Source: Candidatus Woesearchaeota archaeon (lineage in GTDB: Archaea; Nanobdellota; Nanobdellia; Pacearchaeales; GW2011-AR1). Taken from it: DNA of 64,000 nt. Location: NCBI GenBank assembly GCA_964530955.1, contig CAZHCL010000001.1:1-64000 (forward strand), read 5' to 3'. The notes below the pieces were generated by a model. That model did not search any database. It was not told the origin of the DNA and worked only from the letters and a program-made list of their open reading frames with translations. Both the position numbers and the translations under genes were made by a program. This document shows positions 36,497 through 46,482 of this stretch, in pieces. Positions within the stretch are counted from its first letter, which is position 1; each line of letters begins with the position of its first letter.

Positions 36497-39400
36497 TCAC
36501 AAGCCATAGACATATTCATTACAGAATTCACAGTTCTTTTCTATTGGACAGGGAGAAAAGCCATTCTTGTAGCATTCCTGTATCTTTAATGCTATATCAA
36601 TAATTTCCTTCTTGACTTCTTTTATATTAAATCCATCTATGAATTTTGATGAAGTACAAACAGCATTTCCGTCATTGTCTATTTCAAATTCTATTGGTCT
36701 TTCCTGCCTTAACATATCAAGAATTACTTTTCTAACTAGCCCGTACTTCTCCTCTGCAGCGAGAGCATAAAATCCTAGCTGCCAATTTCTCTCCTTGGGG
36801 CCTATATTTGACTTACCTGTTTTGTAATCAACTATCTGCGCCCCTCCATTTATAAAATCAATTCTGTCAGCAAAACCTATAAAATCTATTCCTCCAATTT
36901 TTAGGTTTAAGAATTGCTCCGTCTTGCTGTTTGAATCATATCTTCCTTTGTGCCTTTCAAAAAATACTCTCACCATTGTCTGCGCTTCGGAAAGTTCGAC
37001 AGATTCCCATTCATCGTCAAGATTTAGCTCTTTAGCAAGCTGAAGGAATTCATCCAGAGAAGAAAAACCACTTTTTACTCCTTTTTCTAGAACGAGATGA
37101 ACAAAAGAGCCGAGGCGCATAGCTTCCCAGGAAATTTTTTTTCTTTCAGGCATATTAAATACATATTTGTATTCGAATTCTTTCTGGCAGTTAGAGAAGA
37201 GAATTAATGCAGAAGGAGAAAGCCTTTTGTTTTCCTTCTTTTTTTCAACAACGCTATTTGAGCTTACAATCTCATTAAGGACTTCTGGAAAATTCTGATA
37301 TTGCAAAGCCGTTGAAAATTCAGGAATGTTTTTTTCATTTTTTCTTTCTTCTTGAGTATATTTTTGGTCCAAATCCTTTTCGAATGAAAAATCTGTGTTT
37401 GATTTATAATTAACTTCATTAAGAAACTGCGAAGGTAAAAATTCCTTTCCAGAATATTCCTTTGAATAGGTGAAAACTAATTTTTCCTTTGCTCTTGTAA
37501 AAGAGACGTAGGCAAGCCTTCTCTCTTCCTGCATTTGGTGATGTTTTTCATAGCTGACAAGAAAATCTTTCTTTTCCTCATCACTAAATCTCTTTATTTC
37601 TTCCTTTATGTCTGGGAAAAGCTCTGTTGGTATAAGGCTGTTGTTCACATATCTTTCAATTGGAAATCTTCCCTGTGCCATGTTGGTTATAATTACCGTT
37701 CTAAATTCAAGTCCTTTAGTTGAATGGCAACTCATTAGCCTTACCCCCTCTTCCTCAAGCTGTGCTGCATCAATTTCTATGTCTAAATCTTCAAGCACCT
37801 GAAGATAATACAAAAAATTGTAAAGATCGGAATCGTAAAGTTCTTCGTGAGACTTGGCTATTTCATAAAACTTTGAGAGATTTAGCATAATCTCTTTCTC
37901 CTCTATTGTTTTCTGTTCATTTGCAAGTCCAGATATTCTATAAACTTCCTGCAATAGAGCTGAGATGGGTTTATCTAGAAAACCAAGCATTAATTTTATT
38001 CTTTCAATCAAAATCTTGGCTGCTAATTTTCCATCATCACTTAAATCAATTTCCATTATATTATTAAAGAGATAAACTGAAGGAAGTTCTTTTCCATTTA
38101 CTTCTTCAATTTCCAAAGAACCATTACCCTTATTTCTTGCGCGAGATTTTGAAAGAGATTTAATCATCTTTCCTATTTTTATTAAATCTTCCTGCTGGAA
38201 GTTTAACTGATAAGCTAAATCCCACCATGCCTGTTCACCCCCTTTTTCCTTTCTTTTTAGTTTGTTTAGAATAGTCAAGTAATCTACGACTGTCTTAACT
38301 GACTTTTGTTTGAGCAAAGAAGATTTTGAAACTGAATGGTATGGAATTCCTGCTTGTTCAAGAGCAATTTTTATTATTCTTCCATATTGATGTGCTCTAA
38401 ACATTACACATATTTCCTCAAGTGGAACCTGATTTTGTTGCTCATGTTTTATTAATTCAACTACTTTTCTTGCTTCTTCCTGCGCATTTTTCATTTCATA
38501 AACTTTTATTTTTTCCCCTTCTAAATTATGTGCATTTTCAACAAAGAATAAGTCTTCCTCGTTATCATAATTATTTGAAATTAATTTATGAGCTGCTTTT
38601 AATACAGTATTTGGAGAACGGTATGATTTTTTTAGATTAAATATATCTTTTTCTGAAACAGAGAATTGTTTTTTAAAATAAGAAAGATTGTCCTTATATG
38701 CTCCTCTGAATCTATATATGCTTTGATTTATGTCTCCGACTATGGTGATATTTTTATGAGGGGCTAGTCTTGCTAGAAAATCAAGTTGTAACTTGTTTGT
38801 ATCTTGGAATTCATCTACTATAATATAGTCAAAATTAACTGCAACTTCAGGGTTTTTGTCAAATAATGAAATGGCAAGAATGTTAAGGTCAGAATAGTCC
38901 AGATAGTTTCCTTTTGATTTTAATTTTTCATAGGCATTCCAACAATTTGAGAACTTTTTCATCTCAATTATATCTTTAATATTTTTTATCTCCTTGACAA
39001 GTTCCTTTTTGTCTACTTTTGATTTACTCAAATGAATTGTTTGCAATTCGAAATTTAAATTTTCAAATCTTTTTTCTATATCTATTACTTCATATTTTTT
39101 CATTCTGTCAGAAATAAAATTCTGCATTTCGTTTAGAGTTATACCTAAATCTTTTGCTGAGCCTATTGCTGAAATATACCTGTGGCAGTTAATGGGGTTT
39201 ATTTTTAGGTTTCTGTGCAAAACTACTTTAGCCTGGTCGGGATCAAGAATTTTAAATTCTTTTGATATTCCTATTTCCGAACCATATTTTCTAAGCAAAT
39301 CAGCTGAAAATCCGTGAAAAGTTCTTATAATTGCTGAACTCTGGCCAACAATCTTGCTCACTCTTAATGAAAGGTTGTTTGCTGCCTCGTTTGAAAAGGT

Positions 39401-39544
39401 TATACAAACTATTTTTTCAGGTGGATATATTTTATTCTCGATGAGATATTTTATTTTTTCAACAATAGTATAGGTTTTTCCTGTACCTGCCCCAGCAAGA
39501 ATAACACATGGACCCGTTGTCTTTTTAATCGCCTCTGAATTCAT
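36497..39544 (-). CDS. UvrD/PcrA-like SF1 helicase fused to a C-terminal PD-(D/E)XK nuclease (AddA/AdnAB-like)
   Basis: AGAGTGKT, VDEFQD, GDINQSIYRFRGA, EERRLAYVSFTRAK, ADRID...IVDYKTG, four-Cys Fe-S pattern. Confidence 0.9.
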   Translation of the reverse strand: MNSEAIKKTTGPCVILAGAGTGKTYTIVEKIKYLIENKIYPPEKIVCITFSNEAANNLSLRVSKIVGQSSAIIRTFHGFSADLLRKYGSEIGISKEFKILDPDQAKVVLHRNLKINPINCHRYISAIGSAKDLGITLNEMQNFISDRMKKYEVIDIEKRFENLNFELQTIHLSKSKVDKKELVKEIKNIKDIIEMKKFSNCWNAYEKLKSKGNYLDYSDLNILAISLFDKNPEVAVNFDYIIVDEFQDTNKLQLDFLARLAPHKNITIVGDINQSIYRFRGAYKDNLSYFKKQFSVSEKDIFNLKKSYRSPNTVLKAAHKLISNNYDNEEDLFFVENAHNLEGEKIKVYEMKNAQEEARKVVELIKHEQQNQVPLEEICVMFRAHQYGRIIKIALEQAGIPYHSVSKSSLLKQKSVKTVVDYLTILNKLKRKEKGGEQAWWDLAYQLNFQQEDLIKIGKMIKSLSKSRARNKGNGSLEIEEVNGKELPSVYLFNNIMEIDLSDDGKLAAKILIERIKLMLGFLDKPISALLQEVYRISGLANEQKTIEEKEIMLNLSKFYEIAKSHEELYDSDLYNFLYYLQVLEDLDIEIDAAQLEEEGVRLMSCHSTKGLEFRTVIITNMAQGRFPIERYVNNSLIPTELFPDIKEEIKRFSDEEKKDFLVSYEKHHQMQEERRLAYVSFTRAKEKLVFTYSKEYSGKEFLPSQFLNEVNYKSNTDFSFEKDLDQKYTQEERKNEKNIPEFSTALQYQNFPEVLNEIVSSNSVVEKKKENKRLSPSALILFSNCQKEFEYKYVFNMPERKKISWEAMRLGSFVHLVLEKGVKSGFSSLDEFLQLAKELNLDDEWESVELSEAQTMVRVFFERHKGRYDSNSKTEQFLNLKIGGIDFIGFADRIDFINGGAQIVDYKTGKSNIGPKERNWQLGFYALAAEEKYGLVRKVILDMLRQERPIEFEIDNDGNAVCTSSKFIDGFNIKEVKKEIIDIALKIQECYKNGFSPCPIEKNCEFCNEYVYGL

Positions 39545-39584
39545 CTAATTTTACAATAGAAGGGATATTAAAAGATTATGTAAA

Positions 39585-39977
39585 TTAGAAAGATGTAAAA
39601 TTATAATCCTCATGTAATTTATCAACTATTTTTCTACTTATATCTGAGAGAGGATATTGCTGGCTTTCATTATAATTAATCCAAGTAACATCATCTATTT
39701 CTGCAGATGGACTTTTTAACTCCCCATTTAATGAGCAAAAATAAACTCTTGCTTCTAAAATATCTCCTTTGTGTGGAGTTTTTCCCCTAAAAGTAGAATA
39801 AAATCTTTGTATCTTTATCTTTGTCCCAGAAAGTTCTTCCATTACTTCTCTTTCCAGACAACCACTATCTTTTTCTCCTTCTTCGGGCTTACCTCCAGGA
39901 AGAATCCACACTTCTCTTTTCTTTACTACTAGAAGTCTACCAGAATTAATTATTGCTGCGTTTACAGCAGTTCTCAT
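39585..39977 (-). CDS. NUDIX hydrolase
   Basis: PGGKPEEGE..SGCLEREVMEEL. Confidence 0.9.
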   Translation of the reverse strand: MRTAVNAAIINSGRLLVVKKREVWILPGGKPEEGEKDSGCLEREVMEELSGTKIKIQRFYSTFRGKTPHKGDILEARVYFCSLNGELKSPSAEIDDVTWINYNESQQYPLSDISRKIVDKLHEDYNFTSF

Positions 39978-41183
39978 TTACAAAACTTCTCCGTAGCCGA
40001 TTAAACGCCAGTGATTATTTATATTTCTTGCAATGCCTACATTTTCTCCTTTGCTAGGAACAATAGGTATTTTCAAAGACAATTCAATATCATTCTTACT
40101 TATTTTTTTTAACACGCCGACGGTCATAGAGGTGTTTATGCTTAACATTAACATTTCAGAAGCTTTCAAAGGGTCTACTTTTTTAGCGCCTAGCTGAGTG
40201 AATATTTCAGGAAAAAGAGTATATTTTAGTTTTATCGATTGGGTTATCTCTGGAAGCTTTCCAGTATAGGAAGCTACACATCCCGCAAGTGCGTCTGACT
40301 TTCCTAAGGACATATCAAGAGTAGTTTCAATTGAAACGCTTCCCCCGGGAGTTAAAGACTGAACTTCCTTTGAGCCATTAAATAATTTTAGAATTTTTGC
40401 CTTTACTGTCTTGTAATGATATTGATTAGCTTCTTTTATTACTCTTCCAGGCTTTATCTCTATTTCATCCCCTATATTGAGTTTGCCTTGCTTTAGGGTT
40501 CCGCCTAATACTGCTCCGTGAAGTTTATCAGGAGTTGTTCCAGGTTTGTTAATATCGAAACTTCTTGCAATAAGGAAAAGAGGATTTCCTGATAAGTTTC
40601 TTTCTGGTATTGGAATTTCCATTATGGCCTGGTATATTTCATTAATGTTTACTTCCTGTTGTGCTGAAACTGGAATTATTGGAGCTGAGTCATATCTTCC
40701 CTTAAGAAGTTCTTTTATTTCAGAATAGTTTTTCTTTGCTTGAGCAGAATCAACAAGATCAATTTTATTTTGCACAACAATAAGATTCTTAATTTTCTTT
40801 GCCTGTAAAGCCATCAAATGTTCCCTAGTCTGAGGCTTTATTCCTTCATTTGCTGCAACAACTAATATTGCAGCATCGATTATAGCGGCTCCGCTTAACA
40901 TGGTAGCCATAAGCATTTCATGACCTGGAGAATCAACAAAAGAAACATGTCTGACTGGAGTGCCTTTTTTCTCTCGGTTATAACTACCATCAGAATCCTT
41001 GCAAAGAGTTATATCTGCATATCCTAATTTTATTGTAATTCCTCTTTTCAACTCTTCTGAATGTGTATCTGTCCATTTTCCGCTGAGTTTGTAAAGAAGA
41101 GTTGTTTTCCCATGGTCAATATGCCCTACTATTCCAACATTTAATGTTTCAAGTTCAGGTAATTCATTAGTAATCTTATTCAT
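39978..41183 (-). CDS. eif2g: Translation initiation factor aIF2 gamma
   Basis: GHIDHGKTT, DSPGHE, QNKID, WRLIGYG. Confidence 0.96.
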   Translation of the reverse strand: MNKITNELPELETLNVGIVGHIDHGKTTLLYKLSGKWTDTHSEELKRGITIKLGYADITLCKDSDGSYNREKKGTPVRHVSFVDSPGHEMLMATMLSGAAIIDAAILVVAANEGIKPQTREHLMALQAKKIKNLIVVQNKIDLVDSAQAKKNYSEIKELLKGRYDSAPIIPVSAQQEVNINEIYQAIMEIPIPERNLSGNPLFLIARSFDINKPGTTPDKLHGAVLGGTLKQGKLNIGDEIEIKPGRVIKEANQYHYKTVKAKILKLFNGSKEVQSLTPGGSVSIETTLDMSLGKSDALAGCVASYTGKLPEITQSIKLKYTLFPEIFTQLGAKKVDPLKASEMLMLSINTSMTVGVLKKISKNDIELSLKIPIVPSKGENVGIARNINNHWRLIGYGEVL

Positions 41184-41218
41184 ATAAACTCGTAGAATAA
41201 AGGTTTTTTAAAGATATC

Positions 41219-41647
41219 TTAAGCTGCTGCCGGCTCTGCGGGCTTGGCTTCTTTTTTCTTCTTTTCCTTAGGCTTGTTTTGCTCAGGGAAAACCTCTGTG
41301 AGTGATTTTGAACCTGATTTTACAATAGAAAGGTTAATCTGAGAAGTTGCTTGGGAAAGAACTTTTCCTCTCACTGTCTTTCTAAGTCTAATTCCTTCAC
41401 GTGCATCGTGCATTCCCCAGCCTTTTGTTAATAGTAGTCCTTTAAGTCCAAGACCTTCAACATCGTTTGAATGTGGAAAACCAGCAGAATCGCTAGCTCC
41501 AGTTATTTCAAGCTCATAACCTTCAAGTTCAGGCTTTATATCTTTTCCAGATATCTTATCACCTATGCTCTTTCCCATAAGTGATTCTGACTCTGTTTCA
41601 ACTTTCCAGGCTTTTCCTTTCTCTGATATGTTCAATTTGAATGGCAT
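41219..41647 (-). CDS. rps6e: 30S ribosomal protein S6e
   Basis: ITGASDSAGFP, R.RKTVRG. Confidence 0.93.
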   Translation of the reverse strand: MPFKLNISEKGKAWKVETESESLMGKSIGDKISGKDIKPELEGYELEITGASDSAGFPHSNDVEGLGLKGLLLTKGWGMHDAREGIRLRKTVRGKVLSQATSQINLSIVKSGSKSLTEVFPEQNKPKEKKKKEAKPAEPAAA

Positions 41648-41752
41648 ATCTTTTCTTAAGAAATTGGCTTTTTAAACGTATCTTTGATTAAAATTTATCT
41701 GTAATAATTAAGGTTTACAAAGATTTATAAGCCAGAATTAAAGGCTTATTTT

Positions 41753-42070
41753 ATGAAAGATAGTTCAGATAGTAGAATAGAAGAAATGATTAGAGTAACG
41801 AAAAGACTTTTTTATGAACAGATGGGTGTAGAATGGATGCAAGAACAAGTTACACATAAGGGCCTTAGTCGTATTATTGACATGGGATATATTGCGATAA
41901 TATTAGGGACACCTTTCGCGGCGTATCATGATATAAGACAGATACATCCTTCGCATTCAAGTCATTCTCAAGTTATCAGAACTGCCGAAATAAGAAAAGA
42001 AAGCAGCAAAACAGCAGAGGTATATCATTTGCCAAACAAGGCAGATTATGCGATAAATGAAAAGCGTTAA
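41753..42070 (+). CDS. Hypothetical protein
   Basis: ORF opposite to the flanking translation genes, with its own TTTATAA box. Confidence 0.45.
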   Translation: MKDSSDSRIEEMIRVTKRLFYEQMGVEWMQEQVTHKGLSRIIDMGYIAIILGTPFAAYHDIRQIHPSHSSHSQVIRTAEIRKESSKTAEVYHLPNKADYAINEKR

Positions 42071-43791
42071 TCGCTAAACTTCTTTATCAAAGAGATTTCA
42101 TGTAGTACCTTAAGTTCTGAAGCTGAAAGAAGCTCCTTGTTATCCTTAAATTTCTTAAATTGCTTTTCTGAAATGTCTGCATAGAGATATTTAATATCCT
42201 TAAGTCTTCTATCAAACATTATTCCTGGAATTGCAAGTGCAAGCTCCTGACCTTCCTTAGCTTCTTCTACTCCGCTTTTATCAACCTGCAGCGACTTAAT
42301 TCTCCCTACATGCTCTCCCCTATCATCTATCAAAGGAAGATTGACTTTCGCTCTCCCGCCTGCAATTTTTACTCCAAATATTGCTGGATTAGAATTTCTG
42401 AAGACATAATTATGTAATATTTCTATCTTACATACTGTGGCAAGATCCATCATCTTTTCTTTTTCTATTTCTGCCTGTTTATTCTTTCTCCAGAGCTGCA
42501 AATCTTCTATTAACTTGTATATTACATCGTTAGTAATTACTTTTATATTTCCTTTTTCGACTCCTTCCTCTAACTCAACATTGAAACCGATAACTACTGA
42601 GTCAAGAGGAGAGTTCTCTGAATTTGCCTTTGCTGAAGTCATATCTGATTTTCCTATGGGCCCTATTCCTGCCTTGATAATTTGAATATTTTCTTGCTTA
42701 AGCAAAGTTATGAGTGCTTCGAGACTTCCCAGAGATTCTGCCTTGATTATTATTCCTTGCTTGTCTAGTTGTAAAGCTGTTGAGATTTCTTTCTTGAACT
42801 GAAGTTTTGCTTTTTCTAAATCCATCTTGCTTTTTACCTGCTGGAAAGGCATTCCTGGGAGAACTCCTTCATTATTTGTTAATTGCATTCTAACTCCTGT
42901 TGCTGCAAGTGCGTACTTAACACTTGCAAACTTGCTCTGCAGAGGTAGGATTTCCTGAATTGCTCTTACTTTAGCCATAATAGGCTCAGAAAGGCTCGCA
43001 ATGACCAACTCATCACCTTCATCAAGTCTTCCTTCATAAAGTATTGCCTCACCATAGTGCATTGATTTATCTTTTTTGACTTCAAGAATTACTCCTTTAG
43101 CCTCTTCAGACACTTTCAATCTTTCTTTAAGAAATTTCTGACAGAGACCACAGAGAACAAATAATAGTTCCGATATTCCTTGTTTTGTTCTAGCTGAACA
43201 TGGAACAAGAGCAATCTTCTTTGTAAAATCAGTGACCTCAAAAAATAAGTCTGAATCAAATCCGTGCTCTCTTAAAGAACCCTGAAAAGTTAGAAGAGAT
43301 TCCTGAAATTCATCGTTAACATTTTGTGCTTGTCCTTGCACTGACTCTTTTACTGAGCCAAGGTCTTTCCAACCTGAAATAGTGTCTATTTTATTAAGCG
43401 CAATTAAAAAAGGAGTTTTGTTAGCTTTTAATATCTGCAAAACTTCTGCTGTTTGAGGCTTTATTCCTTCCTTTATACTGACTACAAGAATTGCAAGGTC
43501 GGCAAGAGCGCCTCCCCTCTTTCTTAGATTGGTAAATGCTGCATGACCTGGAGTGTCAATAAATAGAAATCCTGGAATCTCAAGAGATATATTATTCTTT
43601 TCAATAAGAGGACATGTTTCCTTAATCATCTCATAGGTATATTTTGTAAATGATATCTTTTGCGTTATGCCTCCCGCTTCTCCCTGCTGAAGGGAAGTGC
43701 CTCTAAAACAGTCCAAGATGCTTGTTTTGCCGTGGTCTACATGCCCGCATACGGTTACGATTGGACTGCGGAGTTGGTTCTTTTCAATCAT
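42067..43791 (-). CDS. infB: Translation initiation factor aIF5B (IF-2)
   Basis: LRSPIVTVCGHVDHGKTS, DTPGHAAF, NKID. Confidence 0.96.
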   Translation of the reverse strand: MIEKNQLRSPIVTVCGHVDHGKTSILDCFRGTSLQQGEAGGITQKISFTKYTYEMIKETCPLIEKNNISLEIPGFLFIDTPGHAAFTNLRKRGGALADLAILVVSIKEGIKPQTAEVLQILKANKTPFLIALNKIDTISGWKDLGSVKESVQGQAQNVNDEFQESLLTFQGSLREHGFDSDLFFEVTDFTKKIALVPCSARTKQGISELLFVLCGLCQKFLKERLKVSEEAKGVILEVKKDKSMHYGEAILYEGRLDEGDELVIASLSEPIMAKVRAIQEILPLQSKFASVKYALAATGVRMQLTNNEGVLPGMPFQQVKSKMDLEKAKLQFKKEISTALQLDKQGIIIKAESLGSLEALITLLKQENIQIIKAGIGPIGKSDMTSAKANSENSPLDSVVIGFNVELEEGVEKGNIKVITNDVIYKLIEDLQLWRKNKQAEIEKEKMMDLATVCKIEILHNYVFRNSNPAIFGVKIAGGRAKVNLPLIDDRGEHVGRIKSLQVDKSGVEEAKEGQELALAIPGIMFDRRLKDIKYLYADISEKQFKKFKDNKELLSASELKVLHEISLIKKFSD

Positions 43792-43936
43792 AGCTATGAC
43801 AGAAAAGGCGTGTTTAAAAAGATTTATAAATGAAAAATGCCTTTACTTGTTATACTTCTGATGAATACTGGTTAGAAAATAGACTCAAGACAAAGGTTAA
43901 AAAGCTTATTTTGACTCTTCTGATTAAGAGGAAAAA

Positions 43937-45727
43937 TTGACTAATCCACGTAAAAGTAAAAAGGTAGAAATTAGACCTACAATACGGTTGTATTGGAGTT
44001 TCCTAAAACCGTATAAATGGCTTTTTTTAGTTTTGGTTGTGGCCATTTTAATCTGGCAAAGTCTCTTTATTGTTGACAGATACTTATTCAAAATTTTAAT
44101 CGACCAAGGTTCTCTCTTTGCAAGCAAGAGCATAAGCTCTCAGGTCTTTTTATTGTATATTAAAGTTTTGGCAATTTCTTTTATAACTGTTGTTTTAGCC
44201 CGTATAGGATTGAGATATGGAATAAGAAAGCAAATAAGGAATCTAGAAGGAAATATTTCATTTGACTTTAAAAAAAGGTTCTTTAACCACATTATATCTC
44301 TTTCAAATAGTTTTCACTCTAAAAATAAACCTGGATCTTTGATTGTGAGAATGAGCAGGGGCGAAGATTCAATTGAAGATATAACTGACTTCTTCTTGCA
44401 GCTGGCTTTTCCCTTTATTATACAAATAGTTATTGTGAGCTTATCAATCTTCTATTTTGACAAGATTTCTGCGATAGTTGTTATTGGAGTTACAATTGTT
44501 TTTACAATATATGGTCTTTTCATACAGAATCTACAAAGAAAAGCCACTCTTTCATTAAATAATACGATAGATAAGGAAAAGGATTTCATTGCAGGTTCAA
44601 TAACCAATATAGACTCAATCAAGTATTTCGGCAAAGATAACTTTATTAAAGAAAATTATTTTGGGTATGGAAACTCTTCACTTAGAGCATTGCTAAAACA
44701 TAGAAAGTATTATGAGTTTATGACGATAGGTAACATGATTCTCATGGCTATTGGTGTGCTTTTAGTAATATATTTTCCACTTAGACAGTTTTTGGTTGGC
44801 GCTATATCTATAGGTACTGTGGCTTTTATTTATACTTCATATCTAAGCTTTTATGGAACCGTTGGAGACTTCGTCAGAAATTTGAGGCAGTTTTATAAAT
44901 TTACAGCTGATTTTCATTCTATAATAGATTATTTCAAAGTCAAGAATGAGATAAAAGATAGCCCAAACAGTAGAACAATGGAAGTTATTAAAGGAGAAAT
45001 TAATTTCAAAGATATATCTTTTAGTTATAATAAAAGAAAAATAATAAAAAACCTTAACTTAGAAATAAAACCTGGTGAGAAATTGGCTTTGGTTGGACAT
45101 TCAGGTTCAGGTAAAACTACCTTGGTTAAACTGCTATATCGGCTTTATGATGTGGATAAAGGAGAAATATTGATTGATAACAATAATATTACCGAATACA
45201 AGCAGGAATCATTACGTTCAGAGTTAAGTATTGTTCCTCAGGAATGTGTCCTGTTCAATGATTCTATTTATAACAATGTCAAATTCTCCAATCCTAAAGC
45301 AAGTAGAGAGCAAGTATTAAAAGCGATAAAATTTGCGCAACTTGATAAATTCATTGAAAATCTTCCAAAAAAAGAAAACACGATAGTAGGAGAAAGAGGA
45401 ATCAAACTCTCTGGAGGTGAAAAACAGAGAGTTTCGATTGCTAGGGCTCTCTTGGCAGATAAAAAAATAATTGTTTTGGATGAAGCTACCTCTTCTTTGG
45501 ATTCCCAGACAGAACACGAAATTCAAAATGATTTAGAGAACCTTCTCAAAGGTAGAACATCAATTATAATAGCACACCGATTGTCAACAATCATGAAAGC
45601 AGATAAGATAGTCGTTCTGAATAAAGGAAAGATTGTACAGGCTGGAACTCACAGGAGTCTGATTAATGAACCTGGATTGTATAGAAAACTCTGGAATTTA
45701 CAAAAAGGCGGATATATTGGTGAGTAA
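43937..45727 (+). CDS. ABC exporter, fused permease-ATPase (MsbA/Atm1-like)
   Basis: Six-TM domain, GHSGSGKT, LSGGEKQR, LDEATSSLD, AHRLST. Confidence 0.92.
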   Translation: MTNPRKSKKVEIRPTIRLYWSFLKPYKWLFLVLVVAILIWQSLFIVDRYLFKILIDQGSLFASKSISSQVFLLYIKVLAISFITVVLARIGLRYGIRKQIRNLEGNISFDFKKRFFNHIISLSNSFHSKNKPGSLIVRMSRGEDSIEDITDFFLQLAFPFIIQIVIVSLSIFYFDKISAIVVIGVTIVFTIYGLFIQNLQRKATLSLNNTIDKEKDFIAGSITNIDSIKYFGKDNFIKENYFGYGNSSLRALLKHRKYYEFMTIGNMILMAIGVLLVIYFPLRQFLVGAISIGTVAFIYTSYLSFYGTVGDFVRNLRQFYKFTADFHSIIDYFKVKNEIKDSPNSRTMEVIKGEINFKDISFSYNKRKIIKNLNLEIKPGEKLALVGHSGSGKTTLVKLLYRLYDVDKGEILIDNNNITEYKQESLRSELSIVPQECVLFNDSIYNNVKFSNPKASREQVLKAIKFAQLDKFIENLPKKENTIVGERGIKLSGGEKQRVSIARALLADKKIIVLDEATSSLDSQTEHEIQNDLENLLKGRTSIIIAHRLSTIMKADKIVVLNKGKIVQAGTHRSLINEPGLYRKLWNLQKGGYIGE

Positions 45728-45747
45728 ATTTTTAAGGTCAAATTATT

Positions 45748-46008
45748 TTAATAAACATCATCATGGTGTGCGTAATCAAGAAGACGGACAAGGTTTTCAT
45801 TTTCAAGAAATTCATAAGTAAGAACAAAATTTCGAATATGAACTCTTCTTTGCCCAACCATATTTGCTGTGAGCGGCTTTCCAATCCATGGATTTTCAAT
45901 AATTTCTTTTATTTTTCTACTTAATATCTCAAATTGCAATTTATCTCTTTTAGAAATTTTGTTAAATATCCTGTCTAGATTTTCAGAAACTTCCAGTTTA
46001 TAAGTCAA
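45748..46008 (-). CDS. RelE/ParE family toxin
   Basis: GKPL...RRVHI..FVLTY...HHDDVY. Confidence 0.8.
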   Translation of the reverse strand: MTYKLEVSENLDRIFNKISKRDKLQFEILSRKIKEIIENPWIGKPLTANMVGQRRVHIRNFVLTYEFLENENLVRLLDYAHHDDVY

Positions 46009-46010
46009 TT

Positions 46011-46238
46011 TTATTGGTACCTTTTCTCAAAATCTTTATATGCACCTATCTTAATAAATTCAGCTTTTCTAATTGCATCAAGCTTCTTCAGATATTCTTC
46101 TCTGACTTTAGGCTCAGTCTCAACTTGAGCTTTGATAAAAGTATTAATTTGGTTGCTCATGCTAATTCCATTTTCCTTGCAAAACTGAGAATACTTTTCA
46201 TAGATGCTCTCTTCTACATTAAATGTTTTCAATACCAT
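46011..46238 (-). CDS. Ribbon-helix-helix antitoxin
   Basis: KTFNVEESIY...CKENGISMS; directly upstream of the toxin. Confidence 0.72.
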   Translation of the reverse strand: MVLKTFNVEESIYEKYSQFCKENGISMSNQINTFIKAQVETEPKVREEYLKKLDAIRKAEFIKIGAYKDFEKRYQ

Positions 46239-46305
46239 ATTAAATAAAGTTATTTAATCCTATTTAAGCCTTTTGCTGGTCGATTAAAGTGCCAAAAGTG
46301 TGGAA

Positions 46306-46389
46306 TGCGGGGAGAAGGGTTCGAACCTTCGTAGGCACTAAGCCAATGCGTCTTGAGCGCATCCCGTTTGACCACTCCGGCATCCCCGC
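46306..46389 (-). tRNA. tRNA-Leu(CAA)
   Basis: Acceptor GCGGGGA/TCCCCGC, A73; anticodon arm ATGCG-CTCAAGA-CGCAT; long variable arm. Confidence 0.95.
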
Positions 46390-46482
46390 TTAAAATAGTG
46401 ATACAAGAAGATGTTTTAAATTTTAGTATTTACAAAAATAGGAGATATTAACATTTTTATACCTCCTGCCTCTATAAAAAAT

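Noticed and set aside
43800-46306. Integrated element bounded by att sites at tRNA-Leu
   Set aside because: No repeat of the tRNA 3' end and no integrase were found by eye; kept only as a weak islet note.
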